DNA of 64,000 nt from NCBI GenBank assembly GCA_030141605.1, contig JAQGDQ010000236.1:281267-345266 (forward strand), read 5' to 3'. This DNA comes from Tubiluchus corallicola (Eukaryota > Animalia > Priapulida). Within the stretch, counting starts at the first letter, position 1, and every line of letters starts with the position of its first letter. The notes below the pieces were generated by a model, which saw only the letters and a list, made by a program, of their open reading frames with translations, was not told the DNA's origin and ran no database searches. The position numbers and the translations under genes were made by a program. Positions 62,736 through 64,000 of the stretch are shown here, one piece after another.

Positions 62736-63611
62736 CAGTAGGCGCCGCTTAATAGACTGTCAGTTAATAGACTCAACTGCTTAATTGACTCAAAAACACC
62801 TGGTATGGGCCGCTTCTATTCAAATGTATGTATAAACTGTCGGTAATTGACTCAAACAACTCCACATAATTGACTCAATATTTTTCCTCCACATACTTAA
62901 AATAAGACATTTGTATGTGCCCAGAGAGCCTTTCCTACTTTTATGTCATCTTTATCTTGCTTTTGTGCACTATAATATATGCAGAAACAATCATCTTACG
63001 TAGGGGCCTACAGCTTTGTTTGTAACCAGGTACGTTTATCATGCACTAATATACTAGCGTAATGGTTTTGCATTGAATCTGTTACCCGCTCGTCCACTGC
63101 AATTAACCCATTACGCAAGAATTTCTGGAAGCTAAATATTTAGTCACATGTCACAGTTTCCTTTTGAAGCTGCCCGTTGGAAATCACGCTTAATCAGTTA
63201 ACAGTCAAAGATGCAGGTACAGTAATCAGCCAGTATCAGATGAAACCACTTGTGACGAAACGAGGGCATCACCAATTGCAGCTCATTCATGCCAAGTGCT
63301 AAATGTTTTGCGAGAATACATGCATCACACAGCAACAGATTTTCAACGTTTTATAATTGTGAGAACTTTGTGAGCCAACTTCTTCACTATAAAATGAAGC
63401 AGCCAATTTTGCAAGAATTTTTTCAATTTTTGCCTATAATTAGACTTGTGTGATTTAGAAAAGAATACTTTTTAATTTATTGCTAATTCGCTTATATGCT
63501 GGTGACTCATACTATACCAGTAATACAACATCCATCGGTTAATAGGTTCAGTCGGTTAATTGGGTCAAAACACTTCGGTCCTAAAGTGAGTCTATTAAGC
63601 AGTGCCTACTG
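62736..63611. mobile_element. MITE family A, copy 2
   Basis: TA-CAGTAGGCGCCGCTTAATAGACT ... AGTCTATTAAGCAGTGCCTACTG-TA; homologous to 10183-10907. Confidence 0.85.
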
Positions 63612-64000
63612 TATTATTATTATTATTAAATACATGAGAACAGATGCTGCCACTTGGGTAAACTTGGCTCAGTTTCTGACAAATTCTGATGCAGTATTTG
63701 GGCAGCTTGTTTACTGCATGTGTTATATGAGCCAGCCCACATACCACAGCTGGACTATACAGCGCACTGTATAGTGCATTAAATGGCACCTTACATGAGA
63801 GGTCTTGTAGAAGTCAAAGTTATTCTAGAGTAGAAAGTTACAAGACCAGAATAAAACCACTTACTGCAAGGGCAAAGCCCATTTTTAGAATAGAATAGTA
63901 GTTAGACAGAAGTCATTTACCTACAGCTATAGCGATTTTACAGATTTATAAGCTAATTACAAATTAAATGCATTTATTATCATTTTCCTTTCATTCACCA

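Noticed and set aside
63865-63882. ATG GGC TTT GCC CTT GCA|GTAAGT as a further phase-0 PAPSS first exon
   Set aside because: Only six codons, with no promoter or homology support; expected by chance.

Overview
AT-rich, intron-rich animal genomic DNA; it is not prokaryotic, and most short ORFs in the supplied track are exon fragments, retrotransposon remnants or repeat artefacts. I assembled three spliced genes by hand. (1) DCAF12, complete, minus strand, 9 coding exons, 1836-11722, about 438 aa. (2) A RUN + Rubicon-homology endolysosomal adaptor of the PLEKHM1/PLEKHM3 family, complete, plus strand, 19 coding exons, 18446-42966, about 768 aa; it has a candidate LIR, no PH domain, one GC-AG intron and two uORFs. 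(3) The 5' part only of PAPS synthase (PAPSS, start of the APS-kinase domain), minus strand, 47381-52052. Its exons and splice sites are intact, but I found no further PAPSS exons in the remaining 47 kb, and a one-ended hAT fragment stops just downstream, consistent with a rearrangement breakpoint. Introns and intergenic DNA contain many non-autonomous DNA transposons (hAT-like, TA-TSD, TTAA-TSD), decayed LINEs (CR1/L2, RTE), tRNA-derived SINEs and micro/minisatellites. There is no CRISPR array, rRNA or convincing tRNA gene. All family assignments come from recalled motifs, not database searches, and I did not find a clearly new biological system.
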